DNA of 64,000 nt, from positions 1 to 64,000 of IMG/VR virus record IMGVR_UViG_3300030117_006141. One strand, given 5' to 3'. The stretch comes from a virus. Within the stretch, counting starts at the first letter, position 1, and every line of letters begins with the position of its first letter. The notes beneath the pieces were generated by a model, which was not told where the DNA came from, did not search any database, and saw nothing but the letters and a program-made list of their open reading frames with translations. Positions 9,535-19,600 of this stretch are shown here, piece after piece. The position numbers and the translations under genes were made by a program.

Positions 9535-10173
9535 TCAACCTACCAATTTTAGTAAAGGAATTATAGCTTTATTATTTGATTCGTGGTAGTTTTGAATATT
9601 ACTAGCACCAATTTCTATAATACGTTCATTATAATTCCATTTAGGATTATCTATATATTTGCTTCTCCAAATGGGGTCATTATATAAGGTATCTTTTTTA
9701 CATATATATGCTGAAATTTTGCTTCCAATTTTTAAATGATATTGTCTTAAAAATTCTAAAAATAAATGAATTCTATTATTTATTTCAAACTGATCTTTTG
9801 TGGATTTAATAAGAGCATTGTTAGGAAAATCATCGAAAAAAATTTCATCATATTTATTTAATTTATCTGTGCAGATAACCTCTTGCCACCTAGCATGTAT
9901 TATATTAACATTATCGTAATCCTTAGCCCAATTTTTACATTTATTAATTACAGCAGAGTCGCATTCTATTATTGTGTAACTTTTTGGATTATATTTTTGT
10001 ATTTGTGTGGCAGAATATCCCATGCCAAATCCTATTTCTAAAACATCACCCCTTGGTTCTAAAAAATCTATACATGCTTCCATATAAGATTTTTCCCATT
10101 CCATCATCACTTGACCGTTATTTTGGTCGAGTAATATATCTTCATTATTTTTATCTTTAGTATATACTAACAT
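9535..10173 (-). CDS. Class I SAM-dependent methyltransferase, Rmt2/guanidinoacetate-methyltransferase-like
   Basis: QVMMEWEKSYM, GDVLEIGFGMGYSA, TIIE, RWQE and YDEIFFD. Confidence 0.8.
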   Translation of the reverse strand: MLVYTKDKNNEDILLDQNNGQVMMEWEKSYMEACIDFLEPRGDVLEIGFGMGYSATQIQKYNPKSYTIIECDSAVINKCKNWAKDYDNVNIIHARWQEVICTDKLNKYDEIFFDDFPNNALIKSTKDQFEINNRIHLFLEFLRQYHLKIGSKISAYICKKDTLYNDPIWRSKYIDNPKWNYNERIIEIGASNIQNYHESNNKAIIPLLKLVG

Positions 10174-10186
10174 ATTATTTAACTAC

Positions 10187-13100
10187 CTATATTGTCTCTA
10201 GTATTAATGTGGCTCCATATAATGCATCATCGGCAGCGGCTGGATTATACATTATTGTTACATATGAACCCGCTTTGGTTTTGGGTATGGATGTAAGAGA
10301 TGTTGCATCAGCAATCAAATCAGCTTCGGTGGTGCTAGCATTAAGAGAGGTATTGCAAGCTTCATTAGAAAGAACCTCTTCTACAGAATCTGAGAATACA
10401 TCATTACCGTACACATGAAAATTCCCGTCGGATGCATAAACCATTGCTTTTGTAACCTTATATCCTGCAGGAATTACGTAAGATGCAAATGCATTTACTG
10501 ATGCTAAGCTTACCCTCGCATAACTACCGCCCTGTCCCCGAATCCAAGTTCCATAAAATCTTGTAGTAGCATTATCATTAGAAGCAAATTCCGTGGGTGG
10601 CAAAGAAACAACACTTTCCCAACCCTGGGTTCCTGACCTACCTAAACTTCCAGTAGTTCCCCCGGCATATAGTGCTAATTTACCCTTCACTGCATTTGTG
10701 TGTGCTGAACCTGTTACCTCTATTTGGTTAGTTCTATGAAAAGATGCTGTTACTGCACTTGAATGCAAATTTAGACCCCTATTAGATCCGCCCCCAATTG
10801 TGATTCTTGAGTAATCATCTCCTACATATAAATCGTTAGCCTCATTATATAAAGCCCTAGTACCAGCATTAGAACCATCAGGATCGCCCATTCTTAATTC
10901 CGTTTCAAAAGTTGCTGATGGAGCTATAATCCTGTCACTTGAACTTATGTGACCTGATGCTGTTATGTGGGATAGAGTACTTATATATCCACTTGAACTT
11001 ATAGGACCATTAAATTTGGTAAATTTAGTCACTGAATTTAATGTTAGGACTGTATCAGTTTCATCTCCCTGACAAACCCTTAATTCATAAGCCGCTTTAT
11101 TATCAAATAAAAAACCGCGATGTGTATCTGATCCCCAATTATTATCTAATACCATTACGCCGGTCTTAAAGTGACCTTTTTCTAGGGTTACATCCCCTAT
11201 AAAATTAGCGCCTGGAGCTATAATTGTTCCACTTGAACTTATATCGCCCGAGGCTGTTATGTGGCCTTGACCTGGATTTATTGATATACCAGTATCTGAA
11301 CCACTTATAAACAAAAGATCACCATTATGTCCACGCATTCTTATTTCATTAGCAGTATCTGAAGCAAATTTAAATGAAGCACCATTATCTAATAGAACAC
11401 CACTCGCAATAATATCACCACTTGCACTAATATTGCTTGAGGCTGTAAAATTACCAGTTAGATTTAAATCCCCTGTTTTACCGAATACTGCTATATCAGT
11501 TGATGTTCCACCTTGTTGGATAAAAAATCTACCCTTATTACCACTATTACCGGCTTTAACTATAACATTACCACCAGATTTATTATTCTGGTATATCATG
11601 TCATTTGAGGTATTCATAAAAATATTACCAAATTCTGATGCGCCCGATGTGTTTATAAATTTTAATTTTTGGTTATTATCTAAAACTATATCAGCACCTT
11701 TCATATTTAGATCGCCGCCTAAATAATTTTCTCCGGTTCCCGAAGAACTTATTTGACCCGATGCAGATATACTTCCTGTTGTCGATATACCTCCTATTGA
11801 TCCGATAGAGCCTGCACTATGGAATCTGTTTTCATCCCAATGGCCTTTTTTACCTACCTGTCCACCTCCTCCCAATCTAAATGAAGAACCAGAAACCCAA
11901 CCCTGCCCTGAGCCTATATATGGAACCTTTAAATATCCAATTAGTGGGTTGTATGTTAATTGAGAATCAGATTCTAGTTCTTGTTGACCTGAATTACCAT
12001 CCGCAAAGGGGATGTACATATAAGCATTTTCACTTTCATTATTTGTAAATAATATCTGTTCAGCGAATGTTGCATTTGTTGCTGCACCAAGTACGGATCC
12101 AGTAAGGTCTCCAATAAATTGACTTGAACTAATATATGATCCTTGTACTAATATATTACCGGAAGATGATACGTGTTGTGATGTAGATCCTCCCAATTCA
12201 ATTGTTGCACCTCTAAGTCTAGCGTTTTGATTATTTTGTCCAAATATAATTTTTGAAGAACCTTTAGTATAATCAATAGCTGTTTTTCCTTCAATCCAAT
12301 AATCTGATGCGTATATGTTGGCGCTAGAACTAAAATTTCCAGAAGCAGTTGTATGCATATTTGCTGCTGTTCCTAGTTCAATTTTTTTATTTGTTAACTC
12401 TATTACATTTGCTCCCCCAACAGTATGAGTGATACCCCCAACAGCTAGACCTATTAATGTACTGAAATTTGCATTTGCTTTAATCTGATCTAAATTTGCG
12501 GCACTTGCTATAAATTCACCACTTGCGCTTATATCAGCCGATCCTGTAATATCGCCTGTAAAAGAATGTTGGTCGGTTATTTCATTACCATACGTAATTT
12601 TTGTCCAATAGTTATTACCTGCAATTTTAAGAGTATCGGATGAATTTTGTAGAACAGAGTATCCATCTACCCTATACTTTGCAGTGCCATTTGCGTCATA
12701 ATTACTATCAGTTAAAGTTATTCCCTGTGAGAATGTTCCCATTCCACTGGAACTTATATCTCCTGAGGCTGTTAGGTGAGATGAAATATGTACATCACCA
12801 GTAACACTAAATTTAGATGATGCTGCCGTTGGTTTATTACCTATACCTACCTTGTCCTCGCCTGCATCCGCATATATAAGTTCATTATCATTGTCACCTT
12901 CAACGGCAAAGTCTAGATCTGCGCCATTATAATTGATAGAAAATAAATCATCTGTTATTCTAGTAAGTTTAGTTCCTGATGTTTTTATGTCTATAGTGTC
13001 TTCAACAGAAAAATCTATTAAATCAGTGGTACTACCCATTCGTCTGAATTTTTTTGAGTAAACATTGTTCGCCGTTAGATCACCACTTGCACTTATATCA

Positions 13101-13843
13101 CCTGATGCAGTTACATTTCCTGATACTTTGAATGGGTTATAAAAGGTAGTATATTCTTTACCAACCGCAAATTTTTGTACACCACCGACATATGCTTCAA
13201 TTTTATCAGAAGTGCCTGGATTATGGAGATATGTGTTTACGGGAGTCCATCCTGCAGGATCATTACCATCAAAATATAATTTCCCACCCTCATTCATTAT
13301 AATATCACCAGAAGCTGATATATTTGTCGCATTAATGTCGCCGCTTGCACTTATGTTACCTAACGTATTTATACTTCCAGTCATATGTATATTACCAGAA
13401 CCTGAAATACTACCATTATTTATTGTGAGTCCCGACCCGGCTACATAAAATTTACCTTGTAATTTTAATGTCGATATATCTGGTTGGTATGTTAAACTTG
13501 GGGTTGTATGTAAAACATCGCAAGTAGGAGCTTCATTCGCATATCTACTAAATACCAAAAAATGGGGATCTTCTTGCCCATCCGCAAGAGTCGTTTTAAT
13601 TTGATCAGCACAACTTGCTAAAGAAGCAGTTTCTGCATAAGATGATGATACCTCGTAAGTTATTTCATGAGATGAAGATAAGGCATAAGAAGCCGACAGT
13701 ACAGTCATGCTGCCTGTTTGTGCTGCTGTAATAAAATGTATTGCTGATCCCGAGCCGTCTGCAAATTTTCCACCCTCAGTTTGCACTAATTTGTGGAAAG
13801 TGTCAGATACATTGGAGCTCGACAGATGAAACAATTGAGCCAT
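10187..13843 (-). CDS. Tail fibre-like protein with repeated G[NH]ITASG[DN]IS[AS]SG units
   Basis: 1218 aa, Ser/Gly/Thr-rich, with roughly ten copies of the TASGDISASG-type repeat. Confidence 0.7.
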   Translation of the reverse strand: MAQLFHLSSSNVSDTFHKLVQTEGGKFADGSGSAIHFITAAQTGSMTVLSASYALSSSHEITYEVSSSYAETASLASCADQIKTTLADGQEDPHFLVFSRYANEAPTCDVLHTTPSLTYQPDISTLKLQGKFYVAGSGLTINNGSISGSGNIHMTGSINTLGNISASGDINATNISASGDIIMNEGGKLYFDGNDPAGWTPVNTYLHNPGTSDKIEAYVGGVQKFAVGKEYTTFYNPFKVSGNVTASGDISASGDLTANNVYSKKFRRMGSTTDLIDFSVEDTIDIKTSGTKLTRITDDLFSINYNGADLDFAVEGDNDNELIYADAGEDKVGIGNKPTAASSKFSVTGDVHISSHLTASGDISSSGMGTFSQGITLTDSNYDANGTAKYRVDGYSVLQNSSDTLKIAGNNYWTKITYGNEITDQHSFTGDITGSADISASGEFIASAANLDQIKANANFSTLIGLAVGGITHTVGGANVIELTNKKIELGTAANMHTTASGNFSSSANIYASDYWIEGKTAIDYTKGSSKIIFGQNNQNARLRGATIELGGSTSQHVSSSGNILVQGSYISSSQFIGDLTGSVLGAATNATFAEQILFTNNESENAYMYIPFADGNSGQQELESDSQLTYNPLIGYLKVPYIGSGQGWVSGSSFRLGGGGQVGKKGHWDENRFHSAGSIGSIGGISTTGSISASGQISSSGTGENYLGGDLNMKGADIVLDNNQKLKFINTSGASEFGNIFMNTSNDMIYQNNKSGGNVIVKAGNSGNKGRFFIQQGGTSTDIAVFGKTGDLNLTGNFTASSNISASGDIIASGVLLDNGASFKFASDTANEIRMRGHNGDLLFISGSDTGISINPGQGHITASGDISSSGTIIAPGANFIGDVTLEKGHFKTGVMVLDNNWGSDTHRGFLFDNKAAYELRVCQGDETDTVLTLNSVTKFTKFNGPISSSGYISTLSHITASGHISSSDRIIAPSATFETELRMGDPDGSNAGTRALYNEANDLYVGDDYSRITIGGGSNRGLNLHSSAVTASFHRTNQIEVTGSAHTNAVKGKLALYAGGTTGSLGRSGTQGWESVVSLPPTEFASNDNATTRFYGTWIRGQGGSYARVSLASVNAFASYVIPAGYKVTKAMVYASDGNFHVYGNDVFSDSVEEVLSNEACNTSLNASTTEADLIADATSLTSIPKTKAGSYVTIMYNPAAADDALYGATLILETI

Positions 13844-13851
13844 AACTTACC

Positions 13852-14424
13852 TTACTTTTTTTTAACTAAAACCTCAGTTATTCCTTTAATAACCTTATTC
13901 TTTTTATTTTCCGATAGTGGATTTTTAGCCATATACGTAGCTATAATATTATTTAATTTATTTCTTTTAATACTCAAATTTTTTAAATTAATATTTTCTT
14001 TTACTAATAACTTTACAACATTAATAACATGCTGTTTTTCTGAAGTTGATATTTTTGATTCCTTTATACCACTAACTTTTACTTTAGGCTTGCTTTCAGT
14101 AATTAAATTACCAGTTTGAGATTTAACCTCAACTACAACTTTTTTACTAGCTTCAACTTCAAAATCAGATTCCCACGGAACAAAATAAGTGTCCTCTGCG
14201 ATAACTTCTAATTTAATATTTCCTTTAGTATTTTCGTCTAAAAGACCTTTTAATTTTTTAACAGGAACTTGGCATTTTCCCGAAGAGTCTAATTTACCAT
14301 TAAAAAGTAAATTAATATCATTTGATTCTATGATAAGGCGTGCCGATGAGTTTCTTAATGAGGCACCTTCTATAGATATATCGCATTCAAATAATTCCGT
14401 TTTGTCTGTAAATAATTTATACAT
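13852..14424 (-). CDS. Hypothetical virion-region protein
   Basis: 190 aa ORF in a late operon. Confidence 0.55.
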   Translation of the reverse strand: MYKLFTDKTELFECDISIEGASLRNSSARLIIESNDINLLFNGKLDSSGKCQVPVKKLKGLLDENTKGNIKLEVIAEDTYFVPWESDFEVEASKKVVVEVKSQTGNLITESKPKVKVSGIKESKISTSEKQHVINVVKLLVKENINLKNLSIKRNKLNNIIATYMAKNPLSENKKNKVIKGITEVLVKKK

Positions 14425-14758
14425 TTATATTCTCCAACTTAATTTGAGCTTTTACCTCTTTTATAATAAATTCAATATCCTTAGCATGTGCTGAAAAGTT
14501 TTTTATTTCCTTAGTTTCATCATACATTTTTATTCCTCTTCTGCGCATGACTAGTCGAATTAGTCTTTTTTTCTTTTTTTTGTCAATGCTGGTAAGATCT
14601 ATATGATCACCACCATCAACAACAAGGCTTTCTACTAATACAACATCTTGCCAAGTATAATCGAATCTTCCGAATTCCTTATTATATGCATCATCACCTT
14701 TGGCTGTTCCCCAATTAAATGATGCATCTTTCCATTGTATTTTAGTCTTACTCGCCAT
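14417..14758 (-). CDS. Hypothetical virion-region protein
   Basis: 113 aa ORF directly behind the late promoter at 14760-14768. Confidence 0.55.
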   Translation of the reverse strand: MASKTKIQWKDASFNWGTAKGDDAYNKEFGRFDYTWQDVVLVESLVVDGGDHIDLTSIDKKKKKRLIRLVMRRRGIKMYDETKEIKNFSAHAKDIEFIIKEVKAQIKLENINV

Positions 14759-14795
14759 ATATAAATATCTATTAAAATACCTTTTATGTATTTTA

Positions 14796-15572
14796 TTACC
14801 TTAAACCTATCGAACCTCTTTGGCCGTCTCTATTTTCAAAATTAACTGTAGTTCCTGATACAGATATTGTAACATTGCCAATTATTAATTTTGTTACAGT
14901 TAAAGCCCCAGTACTTGGATTATAATAAAAATCCCTATCCATTTCTAATCCGTGCATTCCATCTGAATTTTTTGCATCCTTTACGAATGTTACTAAATTA
15001 TCTTCATTTGTACTATCATTAGTATTCACGGTTATATTAGACGATGACGCGGCATATGAAGCAGATGTAGCAGAGCCGGGGGTTATATTAGAACCACCAT
15101 CAAAACTAGTTCCTCCTATCAATCTAGCAGTTTGAAGTTGAGTTGCAGTTCTAGAATTACCAATCACATCTCCAGTTAAATTTCCAACAAATCCACTGCT
15201 GGCACTTATTATACTACCGGTTACGGGTTTATCAAAGGTTTGTGATTTTCTTTCTATCCTAAAAATAGATTCCTTTCTAGCATCCCTTTCATCTGAAACA
15301 TCTTCTGCAATATCCCGAACATCAAATGCAGATTCCGGGTCTTTTGTTCCTATACCAATTCGCCCACTAGCCGATACATAAAAAGCTATTCTATCATTTG
15401 CTGTTCCAATTTTTTCCTTCGGGATTCTTAATTGTATACTCTGCCCGTCATCTGGATCTAACTCCCACTTCCCTGCTATTATTGAAGATGATGGTGCCCC
15501 ATCAGAACCTGTGTGCATTGTACTACCGCTAGTGAATGTGGCTACACCATTAATTATACTAAATATTCCCAT
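14796..15572 (-). CDS. Short tail fibre-like protein
   Basis: RIGIGT..P motif and the fibre motif TATQLQTARLIGGTSFDG. Confidence 0.65.
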   Translation of the reverse strand: MGIFSIINGVATFTSGSTMHTGSDGAPSSSIIAGKWELDPDDGQSIQLRIPKEKIGTANDRIAFYVSASGRIGIGTKDPESAFDVRDIAEDVSDERDARKESIFRIERKSQTFDKPVTGSIISASSGFVGNLTGDVIGNSRTATQLQTARLIGGTSFDGGSNITPGSATSASYAASSSNITVNTNDSTNEDNLVTFVKDAKNSDGMHGLEMDRDFYYNPSTGALTVTKLIIGNVTISVSGTTVNFENRDGQRGSIGLR

Positions 15573-16687
15573 TACTTATTCTCCAATTCCTTTACACGTG
15601 CTTCTAACACTTGAATGGCTTTTACTAAATGTGGAACCAGGGCCGCATTGTTTATATCCCTCTGATCACTAAATCCACCATTGTCAGTGTTATCCCGCGA
15701 TGTTATTACATCCGGAAATATTTTTTCTACCTCCTGCGCTATATGTCCTATATGTATAATGGATGAATCTTTGTTAGTTTTTTCATTCCAATTAAATGAC
15801 ACGGGTCTTAGTTTGCAAACTTTTTCCAGAATATCATCCCCAAGACTAATTACATTTTTCTTTAATCTACCATCAGAGGAAGAAAATGTCCCATTACCAT
15901 AAAACGCTCCATTTGATTGGATATAGGCATTTTCGGAATTATTGTCACGAAAGGCTAACATTTTTACCTTAGTATTTGAATCATCATTCTGTATCACACC
16001 CACATATGACCAATCACTATCTCTATCGCAGTATACATGAAATGGATAACTTGGATCGGAGGTTATTGAATCCACTGTTGTGTTAAATCTAATACCATCG
16101 CTATTATCCATTCTCACAACTTCGTGGCCACCACTTTTAAGTGTTAATCTTTTAGAACCACCACTATTAAATGTAGATTCTATAATAGCACCATCATCAT
16201 CTTTAGCTTCCAATCTCAGTCTAGACCTTTTAGTGGCGTCGGCCGAATAAATTCTTATCATGGAATTATGTCCATCACAATATCCAACACGAAATTCGTC
16301 TTCTAAAAATCTAAATGTGGGTACGGATCCAAAAGATGTTCCATTATGTAATATAAATTCGCCATCATAACTTGCACCTAGGCCCATCGACCAATTGTCT
16401 TGATTTTTTTCATTTCGAAATTCTATTCTTGTATCGGAACTCGTACTTTTTCGCGGATTATGTATGTATACTATCTCTTGGGCATGTGAATTGGAATTAC
16501 CGGCCAATATAATAGGGGCTTGTGAATATACGCTTAATCTTCCATCACCATTCGAGGCAGATACAGTCAGGTCATTGTGGATAAACTTGGGTGCACCCGC
16601 GCTATCAGTCGATGATACTATAACAGGTATATTATCTTGTTTTGCTAAAGTATACGAGTGTCCATTTCCTAATTTAATTTGAGCCAT
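15572..16687 (-). CDS. Tail fibre/spike with C-terminal intramolecular chaperone (peptidase S74-like)
   Basis: SSDGRLKKNV, LRPVSFNW, IGHIAQEVEKIFP and LVKAIQVL. Confidence 0.88.
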   Translation of the reverse strand: MAQIKLGNGHSYTLAKQDNIPVIVSSTDSAGAPKFIHNDLTVSASNGDGRLSVYSQAPIILAGNSNSHAQEIVYIHNPRKSTSSDTRIEFRNEKNQDNWSMGLGASYDGEFILHNGTSFGSVPTFRFLEDEFRVGYCDGHNSMIRIYSADATKRSRLRLEAKDDDGAIIESTFNSGGSKRLTLKSGGHEVVRMDNSDGIRFNTTVDSITSDPSYPFHVYCDRDSDWSYVGVIQNDDSNTKVKMLAFRDNNSENAYIQSNGAFYGNGTFSSSDGRLKKNVISLGDDILEKVCKLRPVSFNWNEKTNKDSSIIHIGHIAQEVEKIFPDVITSRDNTDNGGFSDQRDINNAALVPHLVKAIQVLEARVKELENK

Positions 16688-16699
16688 TTTTTATTCTCC

Positions 16700-19600
16700 T
16701 TAATTTCTTCCCATTAGATTAGGTGCACCGGCAATATCACCATCGTCTAATGTAACCCCGGCAACATTTACTAATAATTGACAGTGTGTAACAATCCCTG
16801 TACCTTGACTTGGTAATTTAATATCACCAATTTGATAATCTGGTGCAACATCTATTTGTAAGTTTAATGTAACATCTCCTCCTAGAGAACCATCACAAAT
16901 TATTCTAGTTCGGTTTCCTCCGTCACTATAATTTTCATAATATTGGGCTTTATTCCCTGATGTAATTATTGTATATTTTTCACTAAAGTTCGTAGCAGAC
17001 ACTAATCCATCTGCCGTAACCTTAAATGATGATGTAGCAGAACCACCAAATGTTATTGTTCCTGCATCTAAATCTATTTCTCCACCCGCATCAGTACCAT
17101 AATTTTTTGATTGTATTTGACCAGTTTTTATTCTACCACCTTCTATAATTGTGCTAGCCGGTGATGCGGCTCCTGCGGGAACTCCAAATAGACCTTTAAT
17201 TTCATTTTCAGAAAGTGCTTTTCCATAATATATTCTAAGTTCATCTATTGAACCAGTGTACGGTGCTTGGCCGGTATCAAATGTTGGTGCAGAATAAGGA
17301 TTTTCGTTATTGGAAACCAATCTGACATCATTGTAACAGGCGCCTACTCCCATTCTTCCAGTATATGTTAGTGCATATGAATTTTTACTATAATTTTCTT
17401 TATAGTCTACCCGTCTTCCATCTAACCACAAACTAGATGTTCCTTTTGCATAAACCCCAGCTGCATGATACCATTTACTTGATGTAATACTAGACGATAC
17501 AACTACCTGTTCATTTGCCTGATCGCCACTATTGTCATAGCTAGTATAATATAACATTGATCTTGATACAAAAGCTGCTTGTGCTGCTGTATTTCCACCA
17601 ACTTCCCAAATTATCTGTGGTTCGGTATGAGCTACGTTTTTAGCCTTAAACCAAACAGAAAAACTTTGGGAGAAAACATTAGCGGCTGATCCACCAGGTG
17701 CCCAAGCCTCTCTATCTTCGACCTGAATATAACAATTATTGCCCTCATCTAATTTTAATGAGGTTCCGGTTACTGCATCGCTTCCAGAACCATATAATAC
17801 CGTTCCTTGTATTGAACCTGAATACATAGTCCAATTGTCAGCAGGTGCTGCCTGATTGATAACCGTACTTCCTGTTCCCGCTGCAAAATTGTAATGTATT
17901 ATCTCTTCATCAGATACAAACGGGGCTGATGGTATTGATGCTACTTCTATTTTTCCTTTGAAATATCCGTTTGAAGTGTATATTCCATGACCTGTTACAC
18001 CATCAGAAAAATCATTATCCGTTATTCCTGATAAATCTCCAACTCTGGCGGTAATATTTGTATCATTATAGCCCGAGCCTGTTCTTTCAACTATATCCAT
18101 ATAAGGAGTATTAGCATTCGATGGTGAAGCATTCATGTGGATATACCCAGTTCCACTAGAACCTAATGAAACCAGAGTTTGGCCGGCTGACATGGATGGG
18201 ATTATGTTGTTATTTTGGCCTCTAGTAAGGGTCAATGTGTTTGCATTTTTTACAGTGCTAGTAGCAGTGACCTTCATTATTTCTTCCGTAAATCCATTAG
18301 AAGAAGTAGCCTTAGCCATTACATATTCGTTTGCTATAAATCCGGATGCGTTATCTACAGGAACTACACAAGATACACCTGCTGAGATAATTGCGCCGGT
18401 AGTGGAACCAGTAATATTACTACCAGTTACAGCCGTAGCATTAGCTATTATTAATTGTCCCCCTACTGCCGATACTGTGTCTTTTTCAAACACGGCTGTA
18501 GATAAGGTTCCCCTAATTTTTGCTTCTTCAAATTCCGCCTTTCCATCAGATGAAATTTTCCAACCCTTTCCGGTTCCAAATTCCGATGATTGAAAGTCTA
18601 TAGTTTTTATAGTGCCACTAGATGATAATACTAAATTACTAGATGATATCTGAGAATGGTTGAATGACCATCCTCCTATTTGGTTTGTAGAACCCGCTTG
18701 AAAAACATTTGCTCCATTTACGTGTGCTGTAAATCCATTATCGGTTGCGCTTGCATAATGTATTTTTATAAAATTATCATCATCTCGTCTTACTAATATT
18801 TGAGGAGTGGATGTATCCCCATCTAATCTAATTCCTGCGTTGCCTCCATAACCTAATGATTGTAATTCATCTCCGTTAATTTTCCACCCAGCAATCTTAC
18901 CAGCACTAGCCGTCATTCTTCCATCAGCTGATACTTTAAATGCTGATGAGCTTATGAATCCTACGGGATCATTATTATCTGTGGATGATGATATATGCCA
19001 ATTATTAGAAGATGAAATAAATCCACCCTTATTTAATACAAGATTTCCTCCCGTGAGTTTTTCACTGTCAAATCTCCACCCAGCTATACTATTTCCTTGG
19101 TTTAATGGGTTACCGAGTTCGAATTCAACTTTGCTATCCTTTCTACCAACTATTCCCCATAAAAAATCACTACTATAATATTGTAAAATACTATCAGCTG
19201 AATCTCCAGCTACTTTATAAATAGAAATATTATCACCTGTAGCTGTAGAACTAAATCGAATTCTTCCATCTGCTGATTCTAGCTTAGTGTTTGAGATGGT
19301 CCATCCACCTATTGTACCTTTAGATGCTGTTAGATAACCTTGCATGTTTACCGCAAATGGTGGTGGATCAAGTACGTCTATACCATCCCTACCTACCCAC
19401 AAGCCTTCATCAGCATCGGCTACAATTACATCATCCCCAGAACCTAGTGTAATTCTTTTATCTGATGAATCTATAGTAAAATTAGTTGCGGTTAAATCAT
19501 TTGTGCCAATAGTAAATCCACCAATGGTACCTCCAGCTTCTGCTGTAATAGTTCCCTGCATTGTAACATTACCATCTGTTCCTAATTCAAAATTAGAGGA

